From a virus: DNA of 61,628 nucleotides. Location of the stretch: UHGV virus genome UHGV-1709118, one strand, 5' to 3'. The notes beneath the pieces are model-generated. The model was not told where the DNA came from and searched no databases. It worked only from the letters and a program-made list of their open reading frames with translations. The first letter of the stretch is position 1; each line of letters begins with the position of its first letter. The translations under genes were made by a program, and so were the position numbers. Below, piece after piece: positions 40,304-49,232 of this stretch.

Positions 40304-41350
40304 TTAACCTCTTTTCTTATTTCTACAACATTTACATATACTGTACCAACCATCTTTACTTGTTTTATTTTTTGAAAAGAAATCATTATGGGCTGGTTTA
40401 AGTTGACCACATTTTGAACATTTTTTTAAAGGTTTATTTAAAAGTTTATATTGCCAAAAAATAAAATCTTCTTTAGCAGCTTGCGCTATTAACTTAGGAA
40501 TTTTATTCCGCCATAAACTAGAAATATATTCCAAACTATGTTTAATACCAAATTCTGTTTGTAATAATTGCTGAATTTCAATATTCTGCTTTCCATCAAT
40601 TTTATATTCAACTAATCTTTCATATAAGGGAAAATTAGCTAAAGCTAACTCACTAATTTCGTCAAAAGACTGAATTAAGTACCAAGTATCTCCTTCAAAA
40701 TTATCATAACTATCTTGTTTTAATCGTGAATAGTTACATAAAATCGCAGAACATATTTCAGGGTTCATTAATGAAACTCCACTAATATGTACTTCTCCAT
40801 CTTCATCAATAGTAGAATTATCTTCCAATTTAATAAAACCACTTAATGAACGAGTTAATTTATTAAAAATAATTGGACGTTGATATGCTTGTTTTATTAT
40901 ATATTGGTCTTTCCGCATATCTATTAAAGCCTTTTTCATAATATACGCATCTCTACCTGAAGTGCGTTTAAGGACGGCATCCCAATCATTAATTGTATTT
41001 CTTAATTGTTGCAAATAAGGTATATTTTCTAAATCTTTTTTAGTAATTGAAATTTTAGGTTGAAAAATTGTATTTTTATTTTCAGAAATTAAATTATAAA
41101 TGCCGTCTTCGCCATTTTCTAACTGGCTGACAAGACCCTCAAAAGAAGTTTCACGTTTATTAACTGTAGTTAAACGATTTTCTGTTAAAATTTTCTTTTC
41201 TTTTTTCTCTTGCTTTTCCATACAAAGAATTAAATAATCCGCAAGCACTTCTAAATAAGAAGAATTTAGATCAGGGTTTTCTGCGATTATTTTTTCAACT
41301 AATTCTTTACGCTCTTCAGGAGATTCTAATGTATAATCTAATTTAATCAT
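40304..41350 (-). CDS. hypothetical protein with C-terminal Zn-ribbon (first gene of late operon)
   Basis: 348-aa ORF ending CSKCG...CKCC. Confidence 0.35.
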   Translation of the reverse strand: MIKLDYTLESPEERKELVEKIIAENPDLNSSYLEVLADYLILCMEKQEKKEKKILTENRLTTVNKRETSFEGLVSQLENGEDGIYNLISENKNTIFQPKISITKKDLENIPYLQQLRNTINDWDAVLKRTSGRDAYIMKKALIDMRKDQYIIKQAYQRPIIFNKLTRSLSGFIKLEDNSTIDEDGEVHISGVSLMNPEICSAILCNYSRLKQDSYDNFEGDTWYLIQSFDEISELALANFPLYERLVEYKIDGKQNIEIQQLLQTEFGIKHSLEYISSLWRNKIPKLIAQAAKEDFIFWQYKLLNKPLKKCSKCGQLKPAHNDFFSKNKTSKDGWYSICKCCRNKKRG

Positions 41351-41384
41351 ATTACAATAATCATCTCCTTTATCTTATACTATT

Positions 41385-41414
41385 ATTATACTACATCGCA
41401 ACTACAAAAGTCAA
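41385..41414 (-). promoter_or_regulatory. sigma70-like promoter for minus-strand morphogenesis operon
   Basis: on minus strand TTGACT, 18-bp spacer, TATAAT. Confidence 0.4.
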
Positions 41415-41454
41415 AAAATTTTTAGATATATTAATTAAAAATAAAAAAAAATTT

Positions 41455-41485
41455 TAATAAAACTCGCCTTTGGCGAGTTTTATTA
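41455..41485. promoter_or_regulatory. 14-bp-arm palindrome between divergent promoters
   Basis: taataaaactcgcc-ttt-ggcgagttttatta. Confidence 0.45.
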
Positions 41486-41498
41486 AAAGTAATTATTT

Positions 41499-41527
41499 TT
41501 GACAAAACAGAAAAATAATGTTATAAT
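41499..41527 (+). promoter_or_regulatory. sigma70-like promoter for plus-strand early genes
   Basis: TTGACA 41499-41504, 17-bp spacer, TGtTATAAT. Confidence 0.5.
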
Positions 41528-41575
41528 AATTTTAAAGATTAAAGAAAATAACTTTTTAACAAAGGAGAATTAACA

Positions 41576-41923
41576 ATGACTTATCAGGGTTTTGTCAAAG
41601 AAGATTTTCCGCGAGGAACGCAATTTTACTATGGAATTGATATAGTAGAAATTATTTATAGAAAAACAAAAGATCAAAGAAATAAAGTAATTGACTATTG
41701 GGATTTATCTAAAATTACTTCATTTGAGCCTTTTGCTGTTCATATGCGGCAGGCGGATGATTCAGAATTCCGCAAACCTAATAAATTAATTAATGTAATA
41801 GGAAAACCTTTAATGGTTTTAGTTATTTATCCAGATAATTCTATAAATTATTTTTATCCAGAAGAAATTGAAAGTTCTTCTTTTGAAGAAGAGAATGAGG
41901 AGGATTTTGAAGATTATGAGTAA
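41576..41923 (+). CDS. hypothetical early protein
   Basis: 115-aa ORF with RBS aaggaga. Confidence 0.45.
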   Translation: MTYQGFVKEDFPRGTQFYYGIDIVEIIYRKTKDQRNKVIDYWDLSKITSFEPFAVHMRQADDSEFRKPNKLINVIGKPLMVLVIYPDNSINYFYPEEIESSSFEEENEEDFEDYE

Positions 41924-42467
41924 ACCTATTCCAACTTACCGCAATATTTTTTTAAGTGAAGATATTAAAGCAGAATCAGTTAAAAATATTATTGAGACAA
42001 TTATGAAAATTAATTATGATGATGACTGTAAAGAAGAAGATTATAAAGACTGGAAGAGAGAACCTATTAAACTCTTTATCAACTGTTTTGGCGGTAGTGT
42101 TTATGATGGACTTAGCTTAGTAGATGTTATTAAGCAGAGTAAAACCCCAGTCCATACTATTTCTATTGGTTCTAGTATGAGTATGGGTTTTTGGATTTAT
42201 CTTGCAGGCCATAAGAGATATGTAGGTGAACATTCAACTTTAATGTTCCATGATATTGCTTCGTGGATTTGGGATAAAACTGCGGGTATTAAGCAAGAGT
42301 TAGATGAAACACTAAGATTACAAAAAATTATTTGTAAAGAAATTACTTCTACTTCTGCTATTGAGCAAGAGACATTAGATGATTATATTAATAGAAAAGC
42401 TGAATGGTATATTCATGCAGATAAAGCCATTGAATTAGGCTTGGCTAACGGTTATTATAAAAATTAA
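41916..42467 (+). CDS. ClpP-like serine protease
   Basis: segment TISIGSSMSMGFWIYLAG...HDIASW read as ClpP/S14-like by eye (no HMM run); ATG 41916 overlaps previous stop. Confidence 0.5.
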   Translation: MSKPIPTYRNIFLSEDIKAESVKNIIETIMKINYDDDCKEEDYKDWKREPIKLFINCFGGSVYDGLSLVDVIKQSKTPVHTISIGSSMSMGFWIYLAGHKRYVGEHSTLMFHDIASWIWDKTAGIKQELDETLRLQKIICKEITSTSAIEQETLDDYINRKAEWYIHADKAIELGLANGYYKN

Positions 42468-42480
42468 AGGAGAGAAATAA

Positions 42481-43053
42481 ATGAAAAGAAAGTTTCGACG
42501 ATGCGGCCTCATTGCCGCAAGTATTTTTTGTATTTTGACTATGTGCAGTTTCACTACTGCTGAAAAAGCAGCGCAATTAGATAAGGCGCATAATATCGCA
42601 GAAACCGCACGTTCTATGGGATTGCCGGAAAGCGACCCTATTATAACAAGAGCTAAAGAAATTTGGTGGGAAGTGTATAACACTAAAACTTATTCCGATG
42701 AAGATTTGCGAATTCTTGCTACTGTTATTCATTATGAAGCTGGTAATTGCCCGGATCGCCATCAGCAATTAGTGGCGCAAGTAGTTTTGAATAGAGTTGC
42801 AGATTCCAGATTCCCAAGTACTGTTAAGGCTGTTGTTATGCAGCCTCGGCAATATGCCGCATGGTATGTAACTGCAAGACCGCAAATTTCGCAAAGATGT
42901 TATGATAATGCTAGATTGGCGCTTGAAGGTAGGGTTAATTGCCCCAAAAACGTAATTTATCAAGCACAATTTCGCCAAGGAAAAGGAACTTATGAGGTGA
43001 GCAAAGTTGACACAGGTTGGTGGAAGTCTACCACGTACTTTTGTTATGGATGA
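42481..43053 (+). CDS. cell-wall hydrolase, SleB/Hydrolase_2 family, with N-terminal signal/anchor
   Basis: IHYEAGNCP...QVVLNRV...QYAAW...GWWKS motifs typical of SleB-like hydrolases; hydrophobic N-terminus. Confidence 0.65.
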   Translation: MKRKFRRCGLIAASIFCILTMCSFTTAEKAAQLDKAHNIAETARSMGLPESDPIITRAKEIWWEVYNTKTYSDEDLRILATVIHYEAGNCPDRHQQLVAQVVLNRVADSRFPSTVKAVVMQPRQYAAWYVTARPQISQRCYDNARLALEGRVNCPKNVIYQAQFRQGKGTYEVSKVDTGWWKSTTYFCYG

Positions 43054-43288
43054 AACAAAGAAAGCTAGTCAATTACATTTATTAATGACTTGGAATACTA
43101 TGAAGCTGTATTGTGGTGGAAAAATTAAAAGTTTTAAAGAATGGGAAGAAATTGTTAAGGAAAATAGTGCTAAAATAAGTATGCAATATGATAGAAATAT
43201 TCAGCAAGAAAAATTAAGATTGATTAATGAAAGAATTAAGAAACACAATAAATCTATTTATGATTCTAAGGGAAGATTATTAATATGA
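43046..43288 (+). CDS. hypothetical protein
   Basis: ORF track 43007-43288; start moved to first ATG after upstream stop. Confidence 0.35.
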   Translation: MDETKKASQLHLLMTWNTMKLYCGGKIKSFKEWEEIVKENSAKISMQYDRNIQQEKLRLINERIKKHNKSIYDSKGRLLI

Positions 43289-43659
43289 CGATTAATGATA
43301 TACTAAATTTTGCAAATAAATATAATTTGTCTGATGAAGCTAGAGATGAATTAATTACTATGTTTATCTTAAATGATAAAACTAAATTTAATACCACTCC
43401 TTATAATCCTAAATTAGGGCCAAGTGATAGTATTCTGCAAGAAAGTTTGATTTTATCATCGCAAGGAAAAGTATCTTCGGCACCTAAAAAGGTTGTAGTA
43501 TCTTCGCATAAATATAGTAATAACGATAGATTGGCAGGAATTCTTTGCTTGAAGGATAGAAATATTATTGATGAAAAAATTGATTTAATGAGAAAAGGTT
43601 ATTATAGTAATAAAACAAAAAGTAAAACAGGATTAACACCTGTTGTATGGAGGGATTAA
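43285..43659 (+). CDS. hypothetical protein
   Basis: 124-aa ORF. Confidence 0.4.
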   Translation: MTINDILNFANKYNLSDEARDELITMFILNDKTKFNTTPYNPKLGPSDSILQESLILSSQGKVSSAPKKVVVSSHKYSNNDRLAGILCLKDRNIIDEKIDLMRKGYYSNKTKSKTGLTPVVWRD

Positions 43660-43661
43660 AA

Positions 43662-44360
43662 ATGGTAATATGTGGTTTTCCAGGAATAGGAAAAACTTTT
43701 ACAGTTCAAAATTGGATTTATTCAAATATAAAAATTTATGATTCAGATAGTTCAAATTTTTCATGGATTGATAAAAATGACCACTCCAAAGGTCGCAGCC
43801 CAGATTTTCCCGCAAACTATATCGAGTATATTAAATCAATAGATAATGAAAATAGTGTTGTTTTAACAAGTTCGCATAAAGAAGTGCGGGATGCCCTTAA
43901 AGCCGCAGGAATTGACTACTATGTTGTGTACCCCAATTTGGAAAGTTTTGGCAAAGATTTTTATTTAGATAGAATCCGCAGGAGGGAAAACGGCATTAAT
44001 TCTGATTCTTTTGTTTCTTTGATTGCGGAAAATTGTGAAGATTGGATTAGAGATATTGAAGAAACAACAAATAAAGAAAATATTATTGCTATTAATAAAA
44101 ATGCAAAATTAGAGGAAGTTATTTTAAATATTGTTCAGAAAGGAAAAGATATTTTTGTAGTTGAAACTATTTTATATGATGGTAATAATATTTTAGAAAT
44201 AGAAAAATTTTTAGGAAAAAATTACACGATTGCAATAGAAAAAAGGCCCAATGGATATTGTCATATTTATCCTGGAGACATTCGTTTTAAAGTAAATGAT
44301 TGTTTTTGCAAAAGAGACAATGTAATTTGGATAGAAAAGGGAAGTTTTGATGAGGGATAA
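43662..44360 (+). CDS. P-loop NTPase / nucleotide kinase-like protein
   Basis: Walker A GFPGIGKT at N-terminus; ATG 43662 preceded by ggaggg. Confidence 0.5.
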   Translation: MVICGFPGIGKTFTVQNWIYSNIKIYDSDSSNFSWIDKNDHSKGRSPDFPANYIEYIKSIDNENSVVLTSSHKEVRDALKAAGIDYYVVYPNLESFGKDFYLDRIRRRENGINSDSFVSLIAENCEDWIRDIEETTNKENIIAINKNAKLEEVILNIVQKGKDIFVVETILYDGNNILEIEKFLGKNYTIAIEKRPNGYCHIYPGDIRFKVNDCFCKRDNVIWIEKGSFDEG

Positions 44361-44694
44361 CAAATATTTTAAAAATCTTAAAGAAATTCCTTTTCCCTAT
44401 GCGGAAAAAACTTATGCGAAATTAGACCAAAGAGATTGTTTTAATTTGGATACTTCTTTATTTGCTTGGCTTTATGAGCACTTACAGGCTTATTATGATG
44501 AGGCTAGTGTTAGTATTGATTTAATGGAATATAAATATAACATTAATGGAGAAGAACTGAATGAAAAAGAATGTATCTTTAGAATGATTGAAGATTGTAA
44601 AATTATTCTTGACACTTCTGAATATGAAAATTTTGCTGAAAGAAATGATTTATTTGATGTTTTGAAGGAATGTATTTGGAGTTTATGGTATTGA
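44347..44694 (+). CDS. hypothetical protein
   Basis: 115-aa ORF. Confidence 0.4.
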   Translation: MMRDNKYFKNLKEIPFPYAEKTYAKLDQRDCFNLDTSLFAWLYEHLQAYYDEASVSIDLMEYKYNINGEELNEKECIFRMIEDCKIILDTSEYENFAERNDLFDVLKECIWSLWY

Positions 44695-45077
44695 TTTTAA
44701 ATTTCTGCGAAATTTAAAATCAGAAGGAGAGAAAATATTTTAGAAATTCGTTTTTTGAATTTAAAATTGATTTGTATCCTTTTTCAAATTTAAAAATAGT
44801 TTAGAGAGGGAAATGTCCAGGCCAAATGGTTTTTAATAACAAATATAATTTTTTTCCCGAAAACTACCCCGGAGTACGCCAAACCATTAAACTATCTTTC
44901 ATTGGTAAATATCCATTGACCCCACAAAGGCCCCATCAAACAGTATCTTCTGTAAACAACCATTCATTAATCAAAAGAGAAATGATCTTGTCAATAGGCA
45001 AATTAAACAAAATTATTCTTCAGCAAAACGCATAAAGAAGAACTCTTAATTTCTTTTTCTTTTGTTCAATGTGTCAA

Positions 45078-45106
45078 TAGACAAAAGGCTATCTCGATGG
45101 TATAAT
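45078..45106 (+). promoter_or_regulatory. early promoter
   Basis: TAGACA, 17-bp spacer, TGgTATAAT, then conserved leader acagaaattaagg. Confidence 0.45.
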
Positions 45107-45140
45107 AAATACAGAAATTAAGGAAAGGGGTCAATGACCT

Positions 45141-45488
45141 ATGAAAAAGTTCTTCTCTATCATCGCTATTCTAGCAATCACTATCTCTGCTCTCACTACT
45201 TCTGCTTGCGCTCTTAGCACTCCTGCTGAAAATGCCAGATACTGTGCAACAAACAGCATCCACTATGGTATGAATACTGTTCGTCTGGTTCGCGCTACTG
45301 TTACTGCAACTCATGATGATGGATGTGTGACATTGAAAGACATGCGTGATGGCAACCTGTACGCCATTGATGATGATGGCCTTGTGAAAGGTGAGGACGT
45401 TCTCATTGCCATTGACGACAATGCTACACCAGGTTTTGTCTATGATGACATGATTCTTGGCTTCTGGAATGGTTCTGCTCTTAAATGA
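45141..45488 (+). CDS. secreted/lipoprotein-like small protein
   Basis: signal-peptide-like N-terminus MKKFFSIIAILAITISALTTSACA; GC-rich. Confidence 0.5.
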   Translation: MKKFFSIIAILAITISALTTSACALSTPAENARYCATNSIHYGMNTVRLVRATVTATHDDGCVTLKDMRDGNLYAIDDDGLVKGEDVLIAIDDNATPGFVYDDMILGFWNGSALK

Positions 45489-45496
45489 GCAGAACC
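45471..45496 (+). terminator. rho-independent terminator
   Basis: ggttctgctc-ttaaat-gagcagaacc then T-run; stop codon in loop. Confidence 0.55.
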
Positions 45497-45538
45497 ATTT
45501 TTCTTTTTTATTTTATAAATAAATAAATGAAAAAGGTA

Positions 45539-45567
45539 TTGACATTCTGGTTAAGATATGGTATACT
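45539..45567 (+). promoter_or_regulatory. early promoter
   Basis: TTGACA 45539-45544, 17-bp spacer, TGgTATACT. Confidence 0.55.
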
Positions 45568-45594
45568 ATAGATAGTAAAAGGAGGAAAGATCAA

Positions 45595-45798
45595 ATGAAA
45601 AAGACTTTTGAGTTCTATGCTTGCTCACCTGTTAAGACATGGCGAAACAACTACCAGGGAGAAAGTTGGCAGTGGGCTAAAGTTCAATGGTTTCGCTTTC
45701 CTTCTGGTTTGCGCAAGTGCTTAGTCTTTCCTGATGGTCAGGCAATCAAGATTGAACTTTGTAAGGTTAAAAATAAAAGAGAGGTTGGAGAAGTATGA
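45595..45798 (+). CDS. hypothetical early protein
   Basis: 67-aa ORF with RBS aaaggagg. Confidence 0.45.
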   Translation: MKKTFEFYACSPVKTWRNNYQGESWQWAKVQWFRFPSGLRKCLVFPDGQAIKIELCKVKNKREVGEV

Positions 45799-46010
45799 AG
45801 AAATACTGGATAGACAATGAATGTATGATAGATTTTATTGAAATGTATTGTGAGGGTAAAAGCTTTCTATGGAGATGCTTCTTTGGTTGGAGAAAGACTT
45901 CTTTCAAACCTAATGGAGACTTGCACTGGAGAGCTTACATTATACCAAAGAGAATATATCAGAAAGCATTAGTCTTGGCTAAGAAGTATGATGAGTATGA
46001 AGTAGTATGA
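45795..46010 (+). CDS. hypothetical early protein
   Basis: 71-aa ORF overlapping previous stop. Confidence 0.45.
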   Translation: MKKYWIDNECMIDFIEMYCEGKSFLWRCFFGWRKTSFKPNGDLHWRAYIIPKRIYQKALVLAKKYDEYEVV

Positions 46011-46252
46011 TGGGAGAAGAGGTAAGCTTAGCTTATCTCTTTTCTTTTGTTTAATATACTTGTTATAAACGAATGTCTTCGTTTTACAAGGCAACTTTCC
46101 GAATCAGTATACCACAAAGTCTGCTCAAAATCAATAGTCAAAATAGCTAAATTTAGAGAGAGAATTGGGATCCCGAATTGTGCAGTATACCTATTGACCT
46201 ATTGCGGCAAGTATGCTATTATATAATTACAAAAGGGAAGGAGATAAAACAA

Positions 46253-46438
46253 ATGAAGAACATCAAGAAGATCATTGGTGTTAAGATGGACAAAGCTAAC
46301 AAGGCGATCCTTGACAAGTGGAAGGAATGAATCAAAGAAGAGGGCCGCGACAAAGAAAGCAAGAATAACTTCGCTAACTACTACGCTAACTCTTATGAAG
46401 AGTATCAGCAGATTTGGGAAGTGGTTGAATGTTTGTAA
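46253..46438 (+). CDS. small ORF interrupted by a single in-frame TGA (46328-46330); possible readthrough or two short ORFs
   Basis: promoter and RBS upstream; 25 codons, TGA, then 36 further sense codons in frame. Confidence 0.25.
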
Positions 46439-46507
46439 AAAAAAGTCTTGACAAGAAGCTCAGTCTGTGGTATTATATAATCAAGATAAAGAAAGGGGAA
46501 ACAAAAG

Positions 46508-46840
46508 ATGACTAACAAGGAATTATTCGACAGTCGGTACACCGCAACCTACTATGAAAGCGCTTATGTGCTTCACAATGGAGACTTGACTCTCTACTAT
46601 CCCAACTGCGGTTATGACCCTGAGAAAATCATGGTCTGGAAGATCACTGCTGAGGACTACCGCTTTTATGGCAAAGGCGCTCTGAAAGAACTGCTGGAAG
46701 TTCTTTACAAGGAAGCTGCTCCTGAGCTGGTGGCTCTGGTTGATAGTAAACTCCGGTTGGCAACCGATGATGAGGAATGTGCTACGCTTGTTAAACACAA
46801 GTATCCCAACGACAAACAGCACTACATTGATATGTGGTAA
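46508..46840 (+). CDS. hypothetical early protein
   Basis: 110-aa ORF after promoter TTGACA-17-TGgTATTAT. Confidence 0.5.
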   Translation: MTNKELFDSRYTATYYESAYVLHNGDLTLYYPNCGYDPEKIMVWKITAEDYRFYGKGALKELLEVLYKEAAPELVALVDSKLRLATDDEECATLVKHKYPNDKQHYIDMW

Positions 46841-46861
46841 AAAGTAAAGGAGCTGATTAGA

Positions 46862-47083
46862 ATGATAACAATCCTTCACAAAGCAGGTATTGCTTTCAGG
46901 GGAGAATATCTCCGGGAAGCTTGCAGGAAGAACTACGATTGGCTTACTTTAATGTATGCCGTTGAAGATTATAACCGCGCTGTGAAGCGTTACTACAAGT
47001 ATGTTTCTCGCCACCACGCAGTTATCCTTAACAAATATCCTTCTGGCGATGTTATCGCTCTTGAAGAAGGGGTAATTCTATAA
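46862..47083 (+). CDS. hypothetical early protein
   Basis: 73-aa ORF followed by terminator 47084-47104. Confidence 0.45.
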   Translation: MITILHKAGIAFRGEYLREACRKNYDWLTLMYAVEDYNRAVKRYYKYVSRHHAVILNKYPSGDVIALEEGVIL

Positions 47084-47199
47084 GGGCCGCAAGGCCCTTT
47101 TTCTTTTTGTTATATGCTTATATGGTGAAACTTCTAGGCTTCTAGCAGTAAAAAAAAAAAAAAATAAATAAATAAAAATTTTTTTTGTTCAATTTACCT

Positions 47200-47228
47200 A
47201 TTGACAGCAAAGCAAAAGTATGGTATAA
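47200..47228 (+). promoter_or_regulatory. early promoter followed directly by GC-rich hairpin (no ORF)
   Basis: TTGACA 47200-47205, 17-bp spacer, TGgTATAAT 47220-47228; hairpin 47238-47272. Confidence 0.5.
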
Positions 47229-47462
47229 TAATTGCGGCGGCGCGCACACGACCATGGCCTCCCAGTGTGCGCCGAAATTCTGTCAATACGCAAATTGCAC
47301 AAAAATTTAGAGGAAAGTTTGGTGATTTTGCCCAGAAGTATTCATCCCGAAATGGTGTTTGTTTATAAAAAGTATAGCGGCAAAATATCATCAAAATTGA
47401 TTATTGAATTTCTTAAAAATTTTTGTTATAATAATTACAGAAAACAAAAGGAGGTCAAAAGT

Positions 47463-47624
47463 ATGACTGAATACCGTGACTGGTTGGTAGTTTTCCCCAA
47501 TGGTGGACAGATACACTTTGATAACAAGGGTATCGCAATGCGGAACGCGACTCGCAAGAAAGGCTCTGTTTATGAGTGTCATCTGGAAGAGAATGGGAAT
47601 GAAACTCTCATTCATATCTTTTGA
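47463..47624 (+). CDS. hypothetical small protein
   Basis: 53-aa ORF from ATG 47463 with RBS aaggagg; track ORF 47232-47624 N-terminal extension spans promoter/hairpin and is rejected. Confidence 0.4.
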   Translation: MTEYRDWLVVFPNGGQIHFDNKGIAMRNATRKKGSVYECHLEENGNETLIHIF

Positions 47625-47639
47625 TAGGAGGTATTATGT

Positions 47640-47819
47640 ATGAAGCAAACTTATTCTATCTATCATGCTGGCGATGAAGAAATTATCGGGCCTTTTGATT
47701 CCTTTTCATTGGCAGAGGATTTCTTTCATAGGTTAGCTCAGTATGCTACTACAATGTATTACTTGGTAGATGATTCTACTGGTGAAATTCTTCTTGATAT
47801 TGAAGAAATTAAGGCTTGA
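47640..47819 (+). CDS. hypothetical small protein (59 aa, not in ORF track)
   Basis: ATG 47640 preceded by ataggagg; open to TGA 47817-47819. Confidence 0.35.
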   Translation: MKQTYSIYHAGDEEIIGPFDSFSLAEDFFHRLAQYATTMYYLVDDSTGEILLDIEEIKA

Positions 47820-47877
47820 CATTTGGGCCTTACCGTGGTATAATTACCATAGAAACAAAGGAAAGAGGTTGATACTT

Positions 47878-48333
47878 ATGACTGACAAGATGTTGGCTTT
47901 TGATATGGACGGCACTATTGCTGACCTGTATGGAGTTAATGGTTGGCTGTCTAAACTGCGGAAGGAAGATGCAAGCCCTTACCTGGAAGCTAAACCCATG
48001 TGGGATGTGGATAAGCTCAACGAGCTTATCAATAAACTAAAGCAGGCTGGTTGGGAGATTGCAATCATCACTTGGCTTTCTAAAGAAAGCAGTCCTGAGT
48101 ATGCAAAGGCTGTGCGAGAAGCTAAAAAGGCTTGGCTCTTGAAATGGGGTTTCCCCTATGATCATTTTCATGGTCTAAAGTATGGAGCTACTAAAGCGAA
48201 TGCTGTTCGTAGAAAAGCATCTAAGGCAATTCTTATTGATGATAATAAGAAGGTTCGTGATAGTTGGCATTTGGGAGAAACTGTCAATCCTGAAACTTGT
48301 GACATCATTGATTTTTTGGCTTCCCTGCTTTAA
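47878..48333 (+). CDS. HAD-superfamily phosphatase, 5-prime(3-prime)-deoxyribonucleotidase-like
   Basis: N-terminal FDMDGTIADL motif (DxDGT); start at ATG 47878 after promoter and RBS. Confidence 0.55.
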   Translation: MTDKMLAFDMDGTIADLYGVNGWLSKLRKEDASPYLEAKPMWDVDKLNELINKLKQAGWEIAIITWLSKESSPEYAKAVREAKKAWLLKWGFPYDHFHGLKYGATKANAVRRKASKAILIDDNKKVRDSWHLGETVNPETCDIIDFLASLL

Positions 48334-48353
48334 GCAGGGAGTCAAAAAAGTTC

Positions 48354-48382
48354 TTGACAAATGAGAAAAAATCTGGTATAAT
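48354..48382 (+). promoter_or_regulatory. early promoter
   Basis: TTGACA 48354-48359, 17-bp spacer, TGgTATAAT; leader acagaaattaagaaagaggt. Confidence 0.55.
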
Positions 48383-48415
48383 GAGTACAGAAATTAAGAA
48401 AGAGGTAGATGCAAC

Positions 48416-49123
48416 ATGAGCATTGATAGGCGCAGACATTATGTTCTGCTTCTGGACACTGAGACAGCAAACACCATCACTGACCAAAAAGGCCGATTAG
48501 ACATGACCTCAGTTCTTGTCTATGATTGCGGGTGGTGTGTTATGGACACAAGAGGAAATATCTACAAGGAACAATCCTTTGTTAATCGAGATATTTTCTT
48601 TGATGAAAGTGAGCTTATGAAATCCGCCTACTATGCGGAAAAGATTCCCCAGTATCTGGAAGATATTCGACAGGGTATCCGGCAAGTAGCTAACACTTAC
48701 CAGATTCGACAGGCTATGCTTGCAGACATGGCAGAATATGGTATTACAGAGGTAGTTGCCCACAATGCAAGATTCGACCTGAACGCATTGAATTTACTTC
48801 AACGCTGGACTACCAAAAGTAAATATCGCTATTGGTTCCCCTATGGTACCGATATTTGGGATACTCTCAAAATGGCAAGAGACGTTATTCTAAAGATGCC
48901 TACCTATAAAAGGTTCTGTGAACAACACGGTTTCTTAACCAAAACTGGTAAACTCTCAGCGACAGCAGAAAATTTGTATAGATTCATCTCCAAAGACCCT
49001 ACTTTTCAGGAAGAACATAAAGGTCTTGACGATGTGCGAATTGAGCGAGAGATTATGGTCTACTGCTATCGGCAAAAGAAGAAAATGCGGAAAAAACTTT
49101 TTGAAAATCAAAAAACCGCTTGA
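48416..49123 (+). CDS. DnaQ-like 3-prime-5-prime exonuclease (DEDDh)
   Basis: Exo motifs LLLDTETAN, VAHNARFDL, EHKGLDDV. Confidence 0.6.
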   Translation: MSIDRRRHYVLLLDTETANTITDQKGRLDMTSVLVYDCGWCVMDTRGNIYKEQSFVNRDIFFDESELMKSAYYAEKIPQYLEDIRQGIRQVANTYQIRQAMLADMAEYGITEVVAHNARFDLNALNLLQRWTTKSKYRYWFPYGTDIWDTLKMARDVILKMPTYKRFCEQHGFLTKTGKLSATAENLYRFISKDPTFQEEHKGLDDVRIEREIMVYCYRQKKKMRKKLFENQKTA

Positions 49124-49232
49124 CAAAACAAAAGGAAAATGATATAATATAAGAGAAGTGAGGGAGATAAAACCCTCCCCACTTCCTTAACAATTAGGGT
49201 AGCGACCTACCGCACAGAAAGGAATTGATATT

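Noticed and set aside
47229-47275. GC-rich hairpin islands (also 52049, 54911, 56871, 59069) as tRNA genes
   Set aside because: No cloverleaf and no T-loop (GTTCRANYC-like) or anticodon-arm arrangement; lengths and pairing fit simple hairpins.
47194-47624. ORF 47232-47624 (130 aa) and minus ORF 47194-47394
   Set aside because: They span a consensus promoter, GC hairpin and second promoter; only the 3-prime 53 codons (47463-47624) have RBS and start context.
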